From Actinomycetota bacterium (GTDB lineage Bacteria > Actinomycetota > Acidimicrobiia > Acidimicrobiales > JACCXE01): a stretch of DNA of 64,000 nt. The translations under genes and the position numbers were made by a program. Below the pieces are notes generated by a model. That model was not told where the DNA came from. It made no database searches and saw only the letters and a list, made by a program, of their open reading frames with translations. This document shows positions 38,625 to 48,617 of this stretch, in pieces. Within the stretch, counting starts at the first letter, position 1. Each line of letters starts with the position of its first letter. The stretch covers positions 45,147 to 109,146 of the forward strand of contig JBEEFV010000008.1 of assembly GCA_041166405.1 (NCBI GenBank), read 5' to 3'.

Positions 38625-39460
38625 AGGCCGTACACCCGTTCGGCCGTCGCGGCGAAGACCGCGTCGTGATCGCTGTCCGGGATCATTTTACTCATCACCG
38701 TGAGCAGCTGGTCGAGCGAGCCGTGCATCCCGTCGACGGGAAAGTTGCTGGCGAACATGCACCGGTCGGCGCCGAACGCGCCGAGCGCGTGCTCGACCCA
38801 CGGACCAAACGCGTCGGCAGTCATGGCGCCGAGCGGCATGGCGAGACCCGACAGCTTGCACACGACGTTGTCGCCGACCGCCGCGAGGGCGTCGATGCCG
38901 ACCTTCCAGTCGTCGAAGTCGGCGACGGAAATCGGCCAGCCGGTGTGTTCGACGACGACCGTGAGATCGTCGTGACCATCGAGGCCGCGCGCCGCCTCGA
39001 CGAGTTGGTCGGTGTGCGTCATCACTTCGAACACGAGGTTGCGCTCGGCGAGCGCGCGCAGCACCTCCGGCGCCGGTAGTGGCTCCTTGAACTGCCCCAT
39101 CGGCCGCACGCCGCGGAACTTCGCGGCCTTCATCTGCGTGTCGAGCAATGCGATGGCGTCGGCGACGGAGTCCGTCGGAGGGAGGCCGCCGACGATGGCG
39201 GCGACGCCGTCACGCGCGTCCATGGCGAGCGTCTCGTCGACCGAGTGCATGCCGGTGGCGGCGGCGACGTTGACCAGCGCCACGACGTTCCACCCCGCGG
39301 CCTCGCGCCGGTACGTCGGCGCGTCGAACAGGCGCTGCATGCCCGTGGTGTCGCCCATGTTGAGCTGCTGGCGGCCCGATAGGTACGGATACCACTCGGT
39401 GTTGGCGGGGTCCCACAGATGCACGTGCGCGTCGACGATGCGCGCCGGCCGCGCACTCAC
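38621..39460 (-). CDS. amidohydrolase-family metal-dependent hydrolase
   Basis: The GTG at 39460 forms a GTGA overlap. N-terminal metal motif is IVDAHVHLWD, with later VVVEHTGWP and FASNFPVD. Confidence 0.75.
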   Translation of the reverse strand: MSARPARIVDAHVHLWDPANTEWYPYLSGRQQLNMGDTTGMQRLFDAPTYRREAAGWNVVALVNVAAATGMHSVDETLAMDARDGVAAIVGGLPPTDSVADAIALLDTQMKAAKFRGVRPMGQFKEPLPAPEVLRALAERNLVFEVMTHTDQLVEAARGLDGHDDLTVVVEHTGWPISVADFDDWKVGIDALAAVGDNVVCKLSGLAMPLGAMTADAFGPWVEHALGAFGADRCMFASNFPVDGMHGSLDQLLTVMSKMIPDSDHDAVFAATAERVYGL

Positions 39461-40941
39461 CGGATCACGTCCTGCAGCGCGCCGTTGAACCAATCGGGCA
39501 CGACGGCGCCGCCGAGCACGATGCTGGTACCCGCGCGGGGGTGACTGCGTACGCCGTACCACCCTGGGCCGGCGACAAGCTCCGCGCCCGACAGTTCGAC
39601 AGTGCCCGGCGCGCACAGCAGCCACGAGGCAAACGCTCCAAGTTGTTCGGGCAATGCGCCCTCGTCGCTGACGGCGAACGCGGCGACGCGATCCTGCGTC
39701 GTCTTGCGCGCGGGACGCCCGTGCTGCGCTGCGGCTTGCGCGCGGCTGAACCCACCCGACGTGACGGCGTCGGTGATCGTCACGACGCGCATCGGCCGCG
39801 CCGCGTCGGCAGCGGCGCGCGCCCACATCGCGTCGGTGAACAACGCGTCCGCCAGGCCGTCGTGTTCGGCGAGAACGCCGTCCCACGTCGCCGACGCCGA
39901 CGGCGCGGGACCGGCGAGCGCGACCACCAGCGCGTCGACGTCGCCGAGTTCGTCGCGCGACGCGACCGGCACGCAGGCGACGCCGCGCTCCTGCATCGCC
40001 GCGGCAATGGCGTCACCGACGCCCGGGCGGTCGCACACGACGGCGCACGACGCGACCTCCGATGAGGCGTCGCCAACGGCGTCGAACGCGCGCGGGTTGC
40101 TGCCGCCACCGCTGAGCTGTGAGGCCTCGGCCTTGATCAGCGCGGCGCCCGCCATCGCCAGTGCGTCCGCAGGGATGACTTCGAGCAGTCGCGGTGCCTC
40201 GACCACGGCCGCCTCGGAGCCCCCGGCGAAAATGATCTCACCGGTGCACCAGTCGAACTCGTCGCTCACCAAGAAGGCGCCGAGCGGACCGATCTCCTCG
40301 GGCTGCGGCATCGTGCCGAAGAGCGGACCGGCGTTGGCGCCTTGCGCACCCCCCCGCCCGGCGCGCTCGAGCGCGGCGGTCACCATGCGCGTCACCGCGA
40401 TCGGCGACATGGCGTTCACGACCACGCCGTCGGGAGCGCACGCGCCGAGCTGCCACGTCAGCGCGGCGACCGCGCGCTTGGCGCATCCGTACGCGCCGGC
40501 GTCGCCGAAGCGCCAACCGGACCCCGACGTGACACCGAGGATGCGACCGTGGCCGGCGGCTTCCATCAACGGCAGCGCCGCCGCCAGCACGCTGCAGTAA
40601 CCGTTGAGGTGCACGTCGAGCACGGCGCGCCAGTCGACTTCGCTGCCGGCAGTGAACGACGTCGGCCGGCTGATTCCGGCGACGTTGATGACCGCGTCCA
40701 AGGCGCCGAGCTCCTCGGCCAGCGAGGCGAACAACGCCTGCACGCCTGCGGCGTCGGTGACCGACAGATCGAAGGCGCGATCACCGCTCGTTGCCGCCGG
40801 CGCCGTCTCCTTCGACGAGCCGTCGAGCGACAGCATCGGGTCGACGGTAACGACGTACCAACCCTGCCGCTTCAGTTCCGTGGCGACGGCGGCGCCGATG
40901 CCGTTACCGCCGCCCGTCACGACGACGACGCGTTGGTTCAC
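39457..40941 (-). CDS. two-domain SDR-family oxidoreductase (N-terminal SDR plus degenerate second domain)
   Basis: The GTG at 40941 forms a GTGA overlap with the BVMO stop. The N-terminal half has VVVVTGGGNGIGAA, NVAG and YGCAKRA. The C-terminal roughly 240 aa lack a Gly-rich dinucleotide motif. Confidence 0.7.
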   Translation of the reverse strand: MNQRVVVVTGGGNGIGAAVATELKRQGWYVVTVDPMLSLDGSSKETAPAATSGDRAFDLSVTDAAGVQALFASLAEELGALDAVINVAGISRPTSFTAGSEVDWRAVLDVHLNGYCSVLAAALPLMEAAGHGRILGVTSGSGWRFGDAGAYGCAKRAVAALTWQLGACAPDGVVVNAMSPIAVTRMVTAALERAGRGGAQGANAGPLFGTMPQPEEIGPLGAFLVSDEFDWCTGEIIFAGGSEAAVVEAPRLLEVIPADALAMAGAALIKAEASQLSGGGSNPRAFDAVGDASSEVASCAVVCDRPGVGDAIAAAMQERGVACVPVASRDELGDVDALVVALAGPAPSASATWDGVLAEHDGLADALFTDAMWARAAADAARPMRVVTITDAVTSGGFSRAQAAAQHGRPARKTTQDRVAAFAVSDEGALPEQLGAFASWLLCAPGTVELSGAELVAGPGWYGVRSHPRAGTSIVLGGAVVPDWFNGALQDVIR

Positions 40942-42725
40942 GACACCTCGAGGCCGTCGCACTCGCCGCTCTCGACCCACTGCTCGAGGAGGTCGCGATA
41001 GCCGAAGAAGTCGCCGAAGCCGCGACCCCAGTTGCCGTTGCGCGGGTTGATCGAGGCGGGGTCGCCCTCATTGTTGAGGCGCGACGGCGTACACGCCGCC
41101 ATCACGTGGCTCGGGTCGATGAACGACTCGATCACCTTGTTCGTCCATGCCTCTTCGGCGTCGGCGGCGACGTCGAACACCTTGGCGCCGCGCTCGTCGA
41201 GCACGCGCACGGCGCCGGCGACGAAGTCAGCGCCGACGACCGCGAGGTGCGTGTAGTTGACGGTCACGACCGACTGCTGCGCGGGCGTCGGCATGATGAA
41301 CATGTTCGGGAACCCGCGGGTCAACATGCCGAGGTACGTCGCCGAACCGTCGACGAACTTGTCGGCGAGCGTGACGCCGTCGCGGCCGACGAGTTCGTGA
41401 CCGATCCGGCGCACCAGCGGCGTCAGCTCGGCTTCGAAACCCGTCCCGTAGACGATGCAGTCGACCTCGTACTGCGTGCCGTCGACCACGGGCCCCTTGG
41501 CGGTCACCTCATCGAAACCGGCGGGGCAATCGACGAGCGTGACGTTGTCGTTGTTGTACGCCAACAAGTACTCGTCGTGGAAGCACGGCCGCTTGCACAA
41601 GTAGCGGTAGTACGGCTTGAGGATCTCGGCGGTCGCGGGGTCGCGCACGAGTTCGTCGACGCGGCGCCGGTGTTCCTCCATGATGCCGAAGTCGATCTCC
41701 TCGGCGTTGCGCATGTACTCCTCGTACGTCATCCCCTTCCACCGCGGCGCGTTCTGCACCTTGGCGTAGTGATGCGTCCAACCGTCATCCGTGAGGTCGG
41801 CGTCGACGGCTTTGCCGAGCATCTGGGCCTGGAAGTTGTCCATGCGCCGCTTCTGCCAACCAGGCGTGCACGTGTCGACGAACGAGGGATCGGTCTCGCG
41901 ATTGCCGCGCACGCCGATCGCCGACGGTGTGCGCTGGAACACGTACACGTGCTTCGCGGCGTCGGCGAGCGGCGGCAACACTTGAATGCCGGACGCGCCG
42001 GTGCCGACGAGTGCGACGACTTTGTCGCCGAGGTTCGTGAGCGGCTCGTGCGGGCCGCCACCGGTGTAGTCGTAGTCCCACCGCGCCGTGTGGAACGCGT
42101 GGCCTTCGAAGTTCTCCATGCCCGGGATGTCGGGCAGCTTCATGAGGTTGAGGATTCCCGTGGCGATCACGTAGTACCGCGCCGTAAACGCGTCACCGCG
42201 GTCGGTCTCGACGCGCCAGCGCGCCGCCGTGTCATCCCACGCCGCGCGGGTCACGCCCGTGTGGAACAGCGCATCGTCGACGAGGTCGAACCGCTGTGCC
42301 AGCGACTCCAGGTACAGCCGGATCTCTTCGCCGTAGGCGTAGCGGCGCGTCGGGATGTACCCCGTCTCCTCGAGCATCGGCAGGTAGATGTAGGACTCGA
42401 CGTCGCACATCACGCCGGGGTAACGATTCCAGTACCACGTGCCGCCGATGCCACCGGCCTGGTCGAGGATGCGGATCTTGGCGACGCCGGCCTTGCGCAG
42501 TTGCGCGCCGGCGACCACACCGGCGATGCCGCCGCCGATGATGCACACGTCCACGTCGTCGGTGAGCGGCGCGCGCTCGACGCGCGGCGTGAACGGATCC
42601 TCCCGGAACTTGGCGAAGTACGCGTCGCTCTTGAGGTCGCGGATCGCGGTGCGACGCGGGACGAGTCGCTTGTCGCGCTCCGCCAGATATTTCTCTTTGA
42701 CCGCTTCCTGATCGAAGGATGACAC
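40938..42725 (-). CDS. Baeyer-Villiger (flavin-containing) monooxygenase
   Basis: FAD motif VCIIGGGIAGV, the GGTWYWNRYPG segment, BVMO fingerprint FEGHAFHTARWD, and second Rossmann motif VALVGTGASG. Confidence 0.9.
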   Translation of the reverse strand: MSSFDQEAVKEKYLAERDKRLVPRRTAIRDLKSDAYFAKFREDPFTPRVERAPLTDDVDVCIIGGGIAGVVAGAQLRKAGVAKIRILDQAGGIGGTWYWNRYPGVMCDVESYIYLPMLEETGYIPTRRYAYGEEIRLYLESLAQRFDLVDDALFHTGVTRAAWDDTAARWRVETDRGDAFTARYYVIATGILNLMKLPDIPGMENFEGHAFHTARWDYDYTGGGPHEPLTNLGDKVVALVGTGASGIQVLPPLADAAKHVYVFQRTPSAIGVRGNRETDPSFVDTCTPGWQKRRMDNFQAQMLGKAVDADLTDDGWTHHYAKVQNAPRWKGMTYEEYMRNAEEIDFGIMEEHRRRVDELVRDPATAEILKPYYRYLCKRPCFHDEYLLAYNNDNVTLVDCPAGFDEVTAKGPVVDGTQYEVDCIVYGTGFEAELTPLVRRIGHELVGRDGVTLADKFVDGSATYLGMLTRGFPNMFIMPTPAQQSVVTVNYTHLAVVGADFVAGAVRVLDERGAKVFDVAADAEEAWTNKVIESFIDPSHVMAACTPSRLNNEGDPASINPRNGNWGRGFGDFFGYRDLLEQWVESGECDGLEVS

Positions 42726-42753
42726 CGTTGTTAGAACCTATAGCCTCCGCGGC

Positions 42754-43269
42754 ATGAAACAGACCGACTCTGTCGCGTTTGCGCTGCTGCTGCTTCGCTG
42801 CGGTATCGGCGCCGTCATGCTGGCGCACGGGATCCGCCACATCTTCGGCGGCGGCAAGATCGCCGGCACCGCGGGATGGTTTGCCAGCCTCGGGATGAAG
42901 CCCGGCATCGTCCACGCGTGGCTGGCGTCGCTGACCGAAGTCGGCGCTGGCGTCTCGCTCATCCTCGGTTTTCTGACGCCCCTTGGTGCCGCCGGCGTCG
43001 TCGGGACGATGCTCGTCGCGCTCGTCACGAATCACTTCCGCAACGGCTTCTTCATCTTCAACAAGGGCGAGGGCTACGAGTACGTCATGACGCTGACGCT
43101 CGCCGGGCTCGCGCTCAGCGCACTCGGGGGTGGCAAGTGGTCGGTCGACAACGCCATCGACCTCGGGTGGAGCCACAAGACGGGTTTGGAAATCGGATTG
43201 CTCGGTGTCGCCGGCGCCGTCGCGCTGCTGGTGGTGTTCTGGCGCCGCCCACCGCAGACCGCCGCGTAG
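42754..43269 (+). CDS. DoxX-family membrane protein
   Basis: 171 aa with four hydrophobic helices and the N-terminal pattern LLLLRCGIGAVMLAHG, typical of DoxX. Confidence 0.75.
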   Translation: MKQTDSVAFALLLLRCGIGAVMLAHGIRHIFGGGKIAGTAGWFASLGMKPGIVHAWLASLTEVGAGVSLILGFLTPLGAAGVVGTMLVALVTNHFRNGFFIFNKGEGYEYVMTLTLAGLALSALGGGKWSVDNAIDLGWSHKTGLEIGLLGVAGAVALLVVFWRRPPQTAA

Positions 43270-43736
43270 TGCAACTCGCGCACACCGCGATCTGCGTCCG
43301 GGACGTCGACGCTGCGGTCGCGTGGTACGAGTCGGTGCTCGGGCTCACCGTGTTGTCGCCGCCGTATCTCATGGAGGGCGACGCCATCACTGACGACATG
43401 GGCGAGCTACTCCCGTCCCGTCCGGTCGCGGTGAAGGCGGCGATCATCGGCGACGGCGGCGACCACGTCATCGAAGTGATCGGCTACCCGAACGACGCGG
43501 CGACGACGAACGAACCGCGCCGGATAACCGACACTGGCATCTCGCACGTCGGCATCGTGTGCGACGACATCGACGAGGCCCGGGCGCGCATCGAAGCCGC
43601 GGGCGGCACGTTCATCGTGAAAGGCGTCGCCGACGTGGCGCGGCTGCGCACGACGTGGTTCCGCGACCCGTGGGGCGTCGTGTTCATCCTCATGCAGAAG
43701 CGCGACCCGACACGCGCGTACTGGCGTCAGTTCTGA
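43269..43736 (+). CDS. VOC (glyoxalase/dioxygenase) family protein
   Basis: GTG at 43269 (a TAGTG junction with the DoxX stop), inside ORF 42876..43736. Half-sites are LAHTAICVRD and ISHVGIVCDD. Confidence 0.7.
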   Translation: MQLAHTAICVRDVDAAVAWYESVLGLTVLSPPYLMEGDAITDDMGELLPSRPVAVKAAIIGDGGDHVIEVIGYPNDAATTNEPRRITDTGISHVGIVCDDIDEARARIEAAGGTFIVKGVADVARLRTTWFRDPWGVVFILMQKRDPTRAYWRQF

Positions 43737-43751
43737 CGCCGCGGCGTCGGC

Positions 43752-44783
43752 TTAGTTCCCGTTGACGCTCCAGTGCCACGCTTCGCTCGGGAGGTTGTAG
43801 AACCCGTAACGGGATGCGTGGCCACGCAACCACTGATAACCAGCATTGCTGTGGCTGTTGATGACGCTGCCGTTGTACGTGAAGTCGATGGCGAGGCCCT
43901 GCTCGTGCATCGACTGCCCGGGCTTGGCCGTCGGCGGGTGGCACTGCCCTGACGGCTTGTCGTACACGTCGTAGGAACTCGACCCGCAGTTGCGCCGGCG
44001 CGCCGCCACCTGGCCTTCGGGACTGCGATAGCCGGTGCCGCCGAAGTGGTACCCCTCGCTCTCGGCGGCGTTGAGCATGAACTCGAGGTTGTCGGCGATC
44101 GACGAGGCGACGGTGATGCCGTGGACGGTTGTGAGCGAGATACGCGACCCTGGGACGCGCCGACTACGCCCCGCGAGCGCAGCCTCGCTCAGCGACGCCT
44201 GATAGCGCGCTTCGGCGGCGCTCACGAGCCGCAGCTGCTGATTGAACGTCGCCTTGAGCGCCGCGACCGCGCTGCGCGCCGCGCGATCGCGATCCGCCGC
44301 GATGCGCGCCGCGCCTTCGGCGACCTTGCGCTTCACCTCGAGGTCTTGGCGCGTCGCCGCGAGTTGGTCGGCGACGTCGGATTGCAGCCCTAGCGCGGAC
44401 GAACGCAAGTAGTCGGCGCGCGCCGCGGCGTTGGGGTCGAGGTTGCTGATGTTCGCGAGCCCAGCGTTGCTCACGCCCGCCATGTAGACCCGCAGAGCGG
44501 CGCCCTTCGCCGACGCGCGCACTTCAGTGAGACGACGTTCGACCGCGGCTTCCTGCACGCGCGCCGCGGCCAGTCGCGACCGCGCCGCGGAGGCTGCCTG
44601 CGCGGCCGCCGCGCTGCGGCCTTGTTGCGCTTGGAGCTGTGCTGTGACCTGCGCGAGCTTGGCTTTCACGGCCTTGGCGGTCTCGCGCGCGGCGTCCACC
44701 TTGCTCTTGGCTGCGAACGCCGGCGACATCGCGGACACTTGCAGGAGCGCGACGAACAGCACGGCGATAAGGGTCCGGCGCAC
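43752..44783 (-). CDS. secreted coiled-coil protein with C-terminal VanY/M15B D-Ala-D-Ala carboxypeptidase domain
   Basis: Signal peptide is MRRTLIAVLFVALLQVSAMSPAFA, followed by a long Ala/Gln/Arg-rich coiled coil. Peptidase motifs are SMHEQGLAIDF and EAWHW. Confidence 0.75.
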   Translation of the reverse strand: MRRTLIAVLFVALLQVSAMSPAFAAKSKVDAARETAKAVKAKLAQVTAQLQAQQGRSAAAAQAASAARSRLAAARVQEAAVERRLTEVRASAKGAALRVYMAGVSNAGLANISNLDPNAAARADYLRSSALGLQSDVADQLAATRQDLEVKRKVAEGAARIAADRDRAARSAVAALKATFNQQLRLVSAAEARYQASLSEAALAGRSRRVPGSRISLTTVHGITVASSIADNLEFMLNAAESEGYHFGGTGYRSPEGQVAARRRNCGSSSYDVYDKPSGQCHPPTAKPGQSMHEQGLAIDFTYNGSVINSHSNAGYQWLRGHASRYGFYNLPSEAWHWSVNGN

Positions 44784-44805
44784 ACGAACACGCTAACCGG
44801 CACGC

Positions 44806-45534
44806 TCAGGAGATTTGGGTTCGTCCGAGCTTCTTGGCTGCTTCCGGGACGAAGGCTTCGGGCGCGAACGGGCCGCTCTGCACGGAGTCCACGGCCACTT
44901 CCAGCAATGCCACGTTCGGTGGCAACGAGTCGAGCCACACCACTGTGCGCGCGACGTCGTCGGGGTTCAGGGCGATCATCGGGAAGTGCACGTCGTCGAG
45001 CATCGGCGTGGCGACGGGACCCGTCGTCACGATGTGCACGCTGATGCCGTCGCGCTCGACTTCTTTCGCCATCGCAGCGGCGAACGCGTTGAGTCCCGCC
45101 TTCGACGCGCTGTACGCGGCGCGGCCGGGCTGGGGCGCGTGCGACGACGACGACGACAGGAAGACGATCCGGCCGCCCTCCGGCATCACGGGCAGCACGG
45201 TCGACGACACCACGAACGCCGAGCGCAGGTTGGCGCGGATAACCGCGTCGAACGTGTCGACGGATTCCTTGCGCACGAACGTGCCGTCGAGCACGCCGGC
45301 GGCGTGGATCAACAAGTCGACGCGCGGGGTTTGCGCGACGACGTTGGCGAAGCTGGTGACGTCGCTGCTGTCGCCGGCGACGTAGCGCGCCCCGATGGCG
45401 TCGGCCGCTTCCTGCAGCGGCTGCTCGCGCCGCGCCGTCAACACGACGTCGTAGCCGGCGTCGACGAGCATGCGCCCGCACGCGAGTCCGATGCCGCTGC
45501 TGCCGCCCGTCACCACCGCGACCCGTGCACTCAT
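44806..45534 (-). CDS. short-chain dehydrogenase/reductase (SDR)
   Basis: Motifs are VAVVTGGSSGIG and YSASKAG. Confidence 0.85.
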   Translation of the reverse strand: MSARVAVVTGGSSGIGLACGRMLVDAGYDVVLTARREQPLQEAADAIGARYVAGDSSDVTSFANVVAQTPRVDLLIHAAGVLDGTFVRKESVDTFDAVIRANLRSAFVVSSTVLPVMPEGGRIVFLSSSSSHAPQPGRAAYSASKAGLNAFAAAMAKEVERDGISVHIVTTGPVATPMLDDVHFPMIALNPDDVARTVVWLDSLPPNVALLEVAVDSVQSGPFAPEAFVPEAAKKLGRTQIS

Positions 45535-45551
45535 GGCATACGTTCTAATTC

Positions 45552-46319
45552 GTGTACGGACTCGCGGGAATCGACGTCGCCGCTGACGGGCCGGTGCGCG
45601 TCGTCACGTTGAACGACCCGGACGCGCTCAACGCGTTCTCGGAGCAACTGCACGAGTCGTTCACGGAACTGTGGTCGCGGATCGCGCAGGACGAGGACGC
45701 GCGGGCCGTCGTGCTCACGGGCGCCGGGCGCGCCTTCAGCGCCGGCGGGAACTACGCCGACTTCGAGCGGCGACGCGTCGACCTCGACTTTCGCAAGCGC
45801 GAGATGCAGCACGCGCGCGACATAGTGATGTCGATGATCGACTGCGCGTTGCCGGTGGTGGCCGCGGTCAACGGACCGGCGGTCGGCCTCGGGTGCACCG
45901 TCGCCACGCTGTGCGACATCGTGTTCATGGCCGACACCGCCTTCGTCGCCGACCCGCACGTGTCGGTCGCGCTCGTAGCTGGCGACGGCAGCGCGGTGAC
46001 GTGGCCGGCGCACATGTCGTTGCTCAAGGCGAAGCAGTACATCCTCACCGGCGACCGCATCCCGGCCGAGGAGGCCGTCGCCCTCGGTCTCGCCAACTTC
46101 GTCGTCCCGCGCGAGGAGTTGCTCGACGCTGCGTTGGCGTTCGCCCATCGGCTGGCTGCGCAACCGCCGCAAGCGCTGCGCGAAACCAAGCGCATCCTCA
46201 ACGAGGTCCTTCGCCGCAACGCCCACCGCGCCCTGCAAGCAGGTCTCGACGCCGAACACGCGTCCCACGACACCCCCGAGTACCAAGCCGCCGCGGAGGC
46301 GATGCAGCCCAAACCCTGA
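45552..46319 (+). CDS. enoyl-CoA hydratase/isomerase (crotonase) family
   Basis: GTG start. Motifs are VVLTGAGRAFSAGGN and AAVNGPAVGLG. Confidence 0.85.
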   Translation: MYGLAGIDVAADGPVRVVTLNDPDALNAFSEQLHESFTELWSRIAQDEDARAVVLTGAGRAFSAGGNYADFERRRVDLDFRKREMQHARDIVMSMIDCALPVVAAVNGPAVGLGCTVATLCDIVFMADTAFVADPHVSVALVAGDGSAVTWPAHMSLLKAKQYILTGDRIPAEEAVALGLANFVVPREELLDAALAFAHRLAAQPPQALRETKRILNEVLRRNAHRALQAGLDAEHASHDTPEYQAAAEAMQPKP

Positions 46320-46370
46320 TTCTTGTGATGTTTTGACAAGGTCTTCTTGACGGAACATCACAAGAATTCA
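46317..46370. terminator. 14-bp inverted repeat between convergent genes (putative bidirectional terminator)
   Basis: ATTCTTGTGATGTT (46319-46332) pairs with AACATCACAAGAAT (46354-46367) around a 21-nt loop. The stop codons of both converging genes (46317-46319 and 46368-70) abut or overlap the arms. AT-rich, with no U-tract. Confidence 0.45.
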
Positions 46371-47426
46371 GGTGGACTCCTTCGGCAGGCCGAGGACGCG
46401 CTCGCCGATGATGTTCTTGTTGACCTCGGTGGTGCCGCCGGCGATCGACAGCGACCGCGCCGAGAGCAGCGACGTGCCCCACGACCCGTCGACGTCGCCG
46501 GTGAGGTCGACGGCGGAATTCGTCAGGCGCTGCGCGCACTGCGACCACGCCAGCTTCACAACGCTGCCTTCGGCGCCGGGCGGGCGCCCGGCGAGCGCGG
46601 CGCCGATCATCCGCTTGGCGAGGAACTCGAGCAACCGCACTTCGATGTAGCGACGCATCAACTCGTCGCGCCCGGGTCCCGTTACGGGACTGACGGCTTC
46701 GCGCAGCCGGTCGAACGTGCGGCGCTGCGTGAGGTACAGGTTCGCGACACCGGCGCGTTCGTTCGACAGCGTGCGCGTCGCCACCGACCATCCCTCGTCG
46801 ACGTTGCCGAGCACAGCGTCGACCGGCACGCGCACGTCCGTGAAGAACAGCTCCGCGAACGAGTGGTCGCCCGCCATCGTCGTGATCGGCCGCGCGTCGA
46901 TCCCGGCTAGACGCATGTCGACGAGCAAGCACGTAATGCCCTTGTGCTTCGGCACGTCGGTGTTCGTGCGCACGTACAGCTGGCACCAGTCGGCGAAGTG
47001 ACCGTTCGAGTTCCACGTCTTCTGACCGTTGACGACGAACACGTCGCCGTCGCGCACCGCGGCGCAGCGCAACGACGCGAGGTCACTTCCCGCTTCGGGC
47101 TCGCTCATCCCCTGCGACCAAATGTCGTCGCCTCGCAGCATGGGACGAAGGAACCGTTGCTTCTGCGCATCGGTGCCGTAGGTCATGATCGCCGGCGCGA
47201 TGTTGGCGACGCCGATGGCGTTCACCGGACCGGGAACGCCCGCCATCGCTTCGTTGTACGCCAGCTGTTCCTCGAGCGACGCGTCACGCCCGCCGAACTC
47301 TGCAGGCCACGCCGGCGCCGCCCACCCGGCGTCGAACAACTCGGCGTTCCAGGCGCGCAACTCCTCGAACGCCGCATCGTGCGACGGGATCGGCTGCGCG
47401 TCGAGCCACGCGCGCAGGTCGGTCAA
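46368..47426 (-). CDS. acyl-CoA dehydrogenase
   Basis: Motifs are QGMSEPEAGSDLASL, VNGQKTWNS and AGGTTEVNKNIIGERVLGLP. Confidence 0.85.
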   Translation of the reverse strand: MTDLRAWLDAQPIPSHDAAFEELRAWNAELFDAGWAAPAWPAEFGGRDASLEEQLAYNEAMAGVPGPVNAIGVANIAPAIMTYGTDAQKQRFLRPMLRGDDIWSQGMSEPEAGSDLASLRCAAVRDGDVFVVNGQKTWNSNGHFADWCQLYVRTNTDVPKHKGITCLLVDMRLAGIDARPITTMAGDHSFAELFFTDVRVPVDAVLGNVDEGWSVATRTLSNERAGVANLYLTQRRTFDRLREAVSPVTGPGRDELMRRYIEVRLLEFLAKRMIGAALAGRPPGAEGSVVKLAWSQCAQRLTNSAVDLTGDVDGSWGTSLLSARSLSIAGGTTEVNKNIIGERVLGLPKEST

Positions 47427-48596
47427 CTACGTGTGCTTGACGAGCGGGATGCCGTACAGCCGCGACCAGTTGTCGCCGCAGATCTTCACCTTCGACGAGT
47501 CCGGGTACGGCATCTTGTCGAAGGTCTCGACGGCGTGCGGATACATCGAGTCGCCGTGCGGGTAGTCGGTCGAGAACACGAGGTTGTCGTCGCCGAACGT
47601 GTCGAGATACGGCTGCGCCGTTTCCTCTTCGGCTTCGATGCCGAGGAAGCACTGGCGTCGGAAGTAGTCGCTCGGCTTCATCGTCAGCTCAGGCGCGTCG
47701 CTGGCCCCGACCCACTCGTAGTGCTCGTCGAGGCGGTGCAGCAGCCACGGCGCCCACGAGCAGTTTCCTTCGAGCAAACCGACGCGCAGGCGCGGGAAGC
47801 GCTCGAGCACGCCACCGCCCGTCATGCACACCGTCACGAACTGGATCGCCAGCGGCTGGTTGAACGTGTGCCACAGCATCAAGCTGTCGAGCGGCGCCAA
47901 CGAGAAGTCAGGTTTGAGGTACGTCTGGCCGCCGCCGTGGAACGTGATGGGCACGTCGAGACGCTCGATCTCGGCCCACAGCGGGTCGTACGCCGGGTGG
48001 TGCCACGGCCGGTTGTTCACGCAGCCGGGCGCGAGGAACACCGCTTTGAACCCGAGCTCTTCCACGCAGCGACGGGCCTCGAGTACCGCGCCGGCGACGT
48101 CGTGCGGCGCGACCATCGCCGCCCCGAACATCCGGTCGGGTGCGTGGTCGCACATGTCCTTGATGTAGTTGTTGTACGCGCGCGCGATCGCTGACGCGAA
48201 CGGCGGCTCGAGGCCGTCCTGGCCGATCGCCTCCGACGAATCAAGACCCAACACGAACAAGCCGCGCGACGGGAACAACACCGACAGGTCGAGGCCCTCC
48301 ATGTCCATCGCCGCGACCTGCGACGCCGCATCCCATCCCGCAGCTTCGGGCGCGGCGTACACGTTCTCGTGTTCAGGGCGCCATCCGCGCCGCGGCGCGT
48401 TGATGTCTTGCGGCTTCACCGCGCCGAGACGCAGCAGCGTGTGGTTCTTCACGCGCACGCGCATGTCGCGGGTGATTTCCGTCAACCCTTTCGGCGCGGC
48501 GTGCAAGTACTCCGGCTCGATGTAGCGCTCCCACAAGTCCGGCGGCTCCATCACGTGGAGGTCGCTGTCGCAGATGACGTGGTCGCGCAGAGCCAT
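47427..48596 (-). CDS. amidohydrolase-2 (ACMSD-like) family metal-dependent hydrolase
   Basis: N-terminal segment VICDSDLHVMEP, and C-terminal FSTDYPHGD. Abuts the downstream ACAD gene (47426/47427). Confidence 0.75.
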   Translation of the reverse strand: MALRDHVICDSDLHVMEPPDLWERYIEPEYLHAAPKGLTEITRDMRVRVKNHTLLRLGAVKPQDINAPRRGWRPEHENVYAAPEAAGWDAASQVAAMDMEGLDLSVLFPSRGLFVLGLDSSEAIGQDGLEPPFASAIARAYNNYIKDMCDHAPDRMFGAAMVAPHDVAGAVLEARRCVEELGFKAVFLAPGCVNNRPWHHPAYDPLWAEIERLDVPITFHGGGQTYLKPDFSLAPLDSLMLWHTFNQPLAIQFVTVCMTGGGVLERFPRLRVGLLEGNCSWAPWLLHRLDEHYEWVGASDAPELTMKPSDYFRRQCFLGIEAEEETAQPYLDTFGDDNLVFSTDYPHGDSMYPHAVETFDKMPYPDSSKVKICGDNWSRLYGIPLVKHT

Positions 48597-48617
48597 GCGC
48601 GGAATCTAACGCTCGTG

